Origin: Tubulanus polymorphus
Taxonomy: Eukaryota > Animalia > Nemertea
Length of the DNA: 64,000 nt
Direction: 5' to 3'
Assembly: GCF_964204645.1 (NCBI RefSeq)
Contig: NC_134025.1
Location: 18,885,101-18,949,100, forward strand
How positions within the stretch are numbered: the stretch's first letter is position 1; every line of letters starts with the position of its first letter. Below, in pieces: positions 61,072 to 64,000 of this stretch. Below the pieces are notes generated by a model, which made no database searches, was not told where the DNA came from, and was given only the letters and a program-made list of their open reading frames with translations. Made by a program: the position numbers and the translations under genes.

Positions 61072-64000
61072 AAACTACATCACTTGGGTATTGTAAGGGT
61101 GCCTGTCGATCTTTCTAAACCATCATTAAGACATGATTAAGCCATATCTCACTCTGATATTTTAGCCGTCCGGGGCGGATTTAGACCTCGTCGCCCGAGT
61201 CACTCGGAAGTGCCCTTTTTTACTCTGTGTATCAAAATTTGCCGTTGTTACCACCCGACATACACAATAGATATTTTCCCTTAGTATATAACCTATGTTT
61301 CTTGACTAAATGCCTTTCAGAGATACTCTGAAAGCTCTAGAATGATAGTAACATTTCAACAATCTGCCCCGAAACAACTGTTTACACGGGAGCCTAATGA
61401 GTCCGAACCTTTTTGGCCTAGGCCAAATCTGGCCCGACCAAAAATGTCCAGGCCCGAGCCAAATTTTAGCACCAGACAAATGATTACGTTTGAATTGCAA
61501 CTGGCACCGGAAATGATCCACTTCGCTTTGTTTGAGCATTGTTTGGTATCGAACGAATGGTTTGCGTGTGAATGCGCTCTCTTTTTAGGCACGGCCCAAA
61601 TTTGGCCCGAGCCTGATCCGTACCAATTTTGCCCGGGCCAAATCGTGTCCGTGTGATCGTGGCTATAGATCAACCCAATACATGTAGGTATACATACCAA
61701 ATAAAATGTTTTGATAATGATATTTGTAAATCGTTTTGGTGTTGTGCCAACTGCCAAAGCTTGAATGATGAAGAGCATTATGAGCAAAAAAAGATTATTA
61801 AAGGGGTTCAGTATTCAAATAACCTGACTGCCTGTTCGATGTCCGAAATGTTAAGTGTCATTTTGAATTAAATTCTAACTATAATCATTTCATTTAGATT
61901 TGTGCCACTATTCTCACTCATGATTCTTACAATCAATTTTAGATTAGTTATGGGAAAATGGATGGCTTATTCTGATTTGAAATTGTAAAATTCAGCCACA
62001 GTGCAGATTAACTAAGAGAAATGGAAGAAATTAAGTTTGAGGATGGAATTCACTGTAATTAGTTTTCTTGAATCAAACTAATTTGACCACTGTTTGAACT
62101 GAGGTTATTGATGGATTCTGCTATGTAGTTGTAGGCCTATGCTTCTGTATGTTTCTCTTTACTGAGCCTGGGAATCAACCCTTCTCTAGTTTCTACACTA
62201 TCTATTTATAGTGCTGTACTGCACTAAAATTACTGATGTCTAACCCAGAAATCCAGCTGCTCATACATAAATAGACGTTAGAGCAAGTGTGGGTCATACC
62301 CCTTCCATCAATTTGTTTGAGTATTTTCCTATTTTAGAAATTCAAGTCTACTAGCATTCCTAGACAGTATATCTGGTTAGTAGAAATAATAGTAGAAATA
62401 ATTTTTGAATAAAAACTCATTATTAGTCCATTGAAATATCTGAAGGGAAATCAACATATTTCCTTTGGTTGAATATATAATATCCATGCCTTTTTAATTG
62501 ATTCGTGAGGAGTCCATAATGTCACTAGCTGTCTTGCTTGTTAACACATCATTTCGTAGTTGAGTTGAAGTACATGTAGTTACAGATCTTGGTTCCTTTC
62601 ATTTGTGGTTATGATATGAGTCGTAACAGTGTATTTATTTATGAGCATAGACAGCTTGGATCTTGCAGTTCAGCAAACTGGTTCATCATATGTGGCTGCA
62701 GTTTTTCCCCACTTCAAAAGTTAAGAAGTAGATAAATTAGTATTGTCATCCGATTTACTCGAATGAGTTGAAAAGGTGTATGCTGCAATGCATGCAGAAA
62801 TTAATTGATACTTAACCTCAATAAAACAAAATATATGATATTCCATCACTATCAATGTAAAGCCCAAACAATAATTTCCAAAAAATGATGGGAGAATAGG
62901 AGATTCACTAGAAAGAACCACCCAAACTGATTTTCTTAGACTGACATATACACGAGAATTCATAACAATATCCATTAGAAATTAGAAAGAATCTCCCAAA
63001 TCACGGGTATCATAAACAAACCAGAAAACCTTCCAGACCCTAGACATCTTACTCTTTACTACACACTTGATCCCTTACCTAAGGCCTACTTGCCTGGCCA
63101 GTCACGAACCGAAAATAACTAATGCCTAATCATTACTTGATTACTGCACAACCCTAACGATGTTTGACCTTTGCCTAATCGCCAAATTCAATACAATTTT
63201 ATCATTGAAATTGTAAGACGGTACTACATTTTCACCGCTAAAGTGAAACATCTTGTTTTTTTCTCATTTCTCATGTTGGCGAAGTCATCATGGCGTAAGA
63301 ACGCAATGTTTTATGTCCAGCTGGGAGAATCTTCTCATCACTTTTGGGTAATTTAGTATTTTGTGAAATAAGAAATTACGGTACTAAGACTGGACTAATT
63401 ATCCCTGGCAACAAAACAACACAAAACGTATCATGTTGTAAGCCAATCCAGTTTTAAATGTCGGATCGTCCTTCTATCACGATGGTGAATTTATAATTTG
63501 CATTTATTTGGCTACTAAAAGTAAATTGAATTTATGATGGCTGGGTATTCTAGGCTTTGCTTGACCCTATGAACACCGCATTCATTTTTACCCATCAGAT
63601 TATGAGTTTAAATTTAAAAATCAACTTCTCAAACTAGCGTTTAGTGTATATATTATGCCTCCGATGTATATTTTATATATCTACGTATATCTTTTTCTAT
63701 GAAATTGAATAACTTGGATGGGGATTGCTGAGAAACAGTGCCTATTGAAATGCATTAGGTTTTTTTAAGCTGTGTGTATTTTCTGTTATACCTCTATTGC
63801 TATATTGTTTTATAGCATTGAGAGTCACTAGGGAGGTAGAAGGAGCTAGCTTCCATTGCGTAAGCCTATTTTAAAGAATCAACGAGTTGTTTCAATAACT
63901 GAATCGATCATATATAAGGTACATACTTCAATCAGCTGCTGTGAAGCTAAAAATACTCTACCAGCATAGCTTAGCTCTCTGCACTGTATTGCTACCCTGT

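Noticed and set aside
50962-63356. Many 60-140 aa ORFs in the MYPT1 introns
   Set aside because: No domain motifs; overlap MITE and repeat relics; expected by chance

Overview
Repeat-rich eukaryotic DNA, probably from an invertebrate animal. The left half holds two related AT-rich endogenous DNA-virus-like (Polinton/PLV-like) elements in the same orientation: the right part of copy A (1-6102) and an apparently complete copy B (10576-31478). Copy B encodes candidate major and minor jelly-roll capsid proteins, an A32/FtsK-type packaging ATPase, a retroviral-type integrase with chromodomain, an HNH nuclease and several small membrane proteins. It has no recognisable DNA polymerase, helicase or protease. 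Each of the three visible ends is a long self-complementary hairpin (about 120-410 bp) ending AGTAA...TTACT, and most genes start at a poxvirus-late-like T-tract/TAAATG motif. Together these suggest a helper-dependent, hairpin-ended integrating virus (inference). Copy B is interrupted by a Gmr1-type Gypsy element and a tRNA-SINE. Between the copies lies a decayed kinase plus transposase-like ORF. The right half has a Gypsy element with a nested BEL/Pao element, an RTE-X-like LINE, and the first two coding exons of a PPP1R12/MYPT1-family gene whose introns contain MITEs, a TRIM-like LTR element, a solo LTR and a degenerate hammerhead motif. Family calls come from motif recognition by eye; no database search was run.
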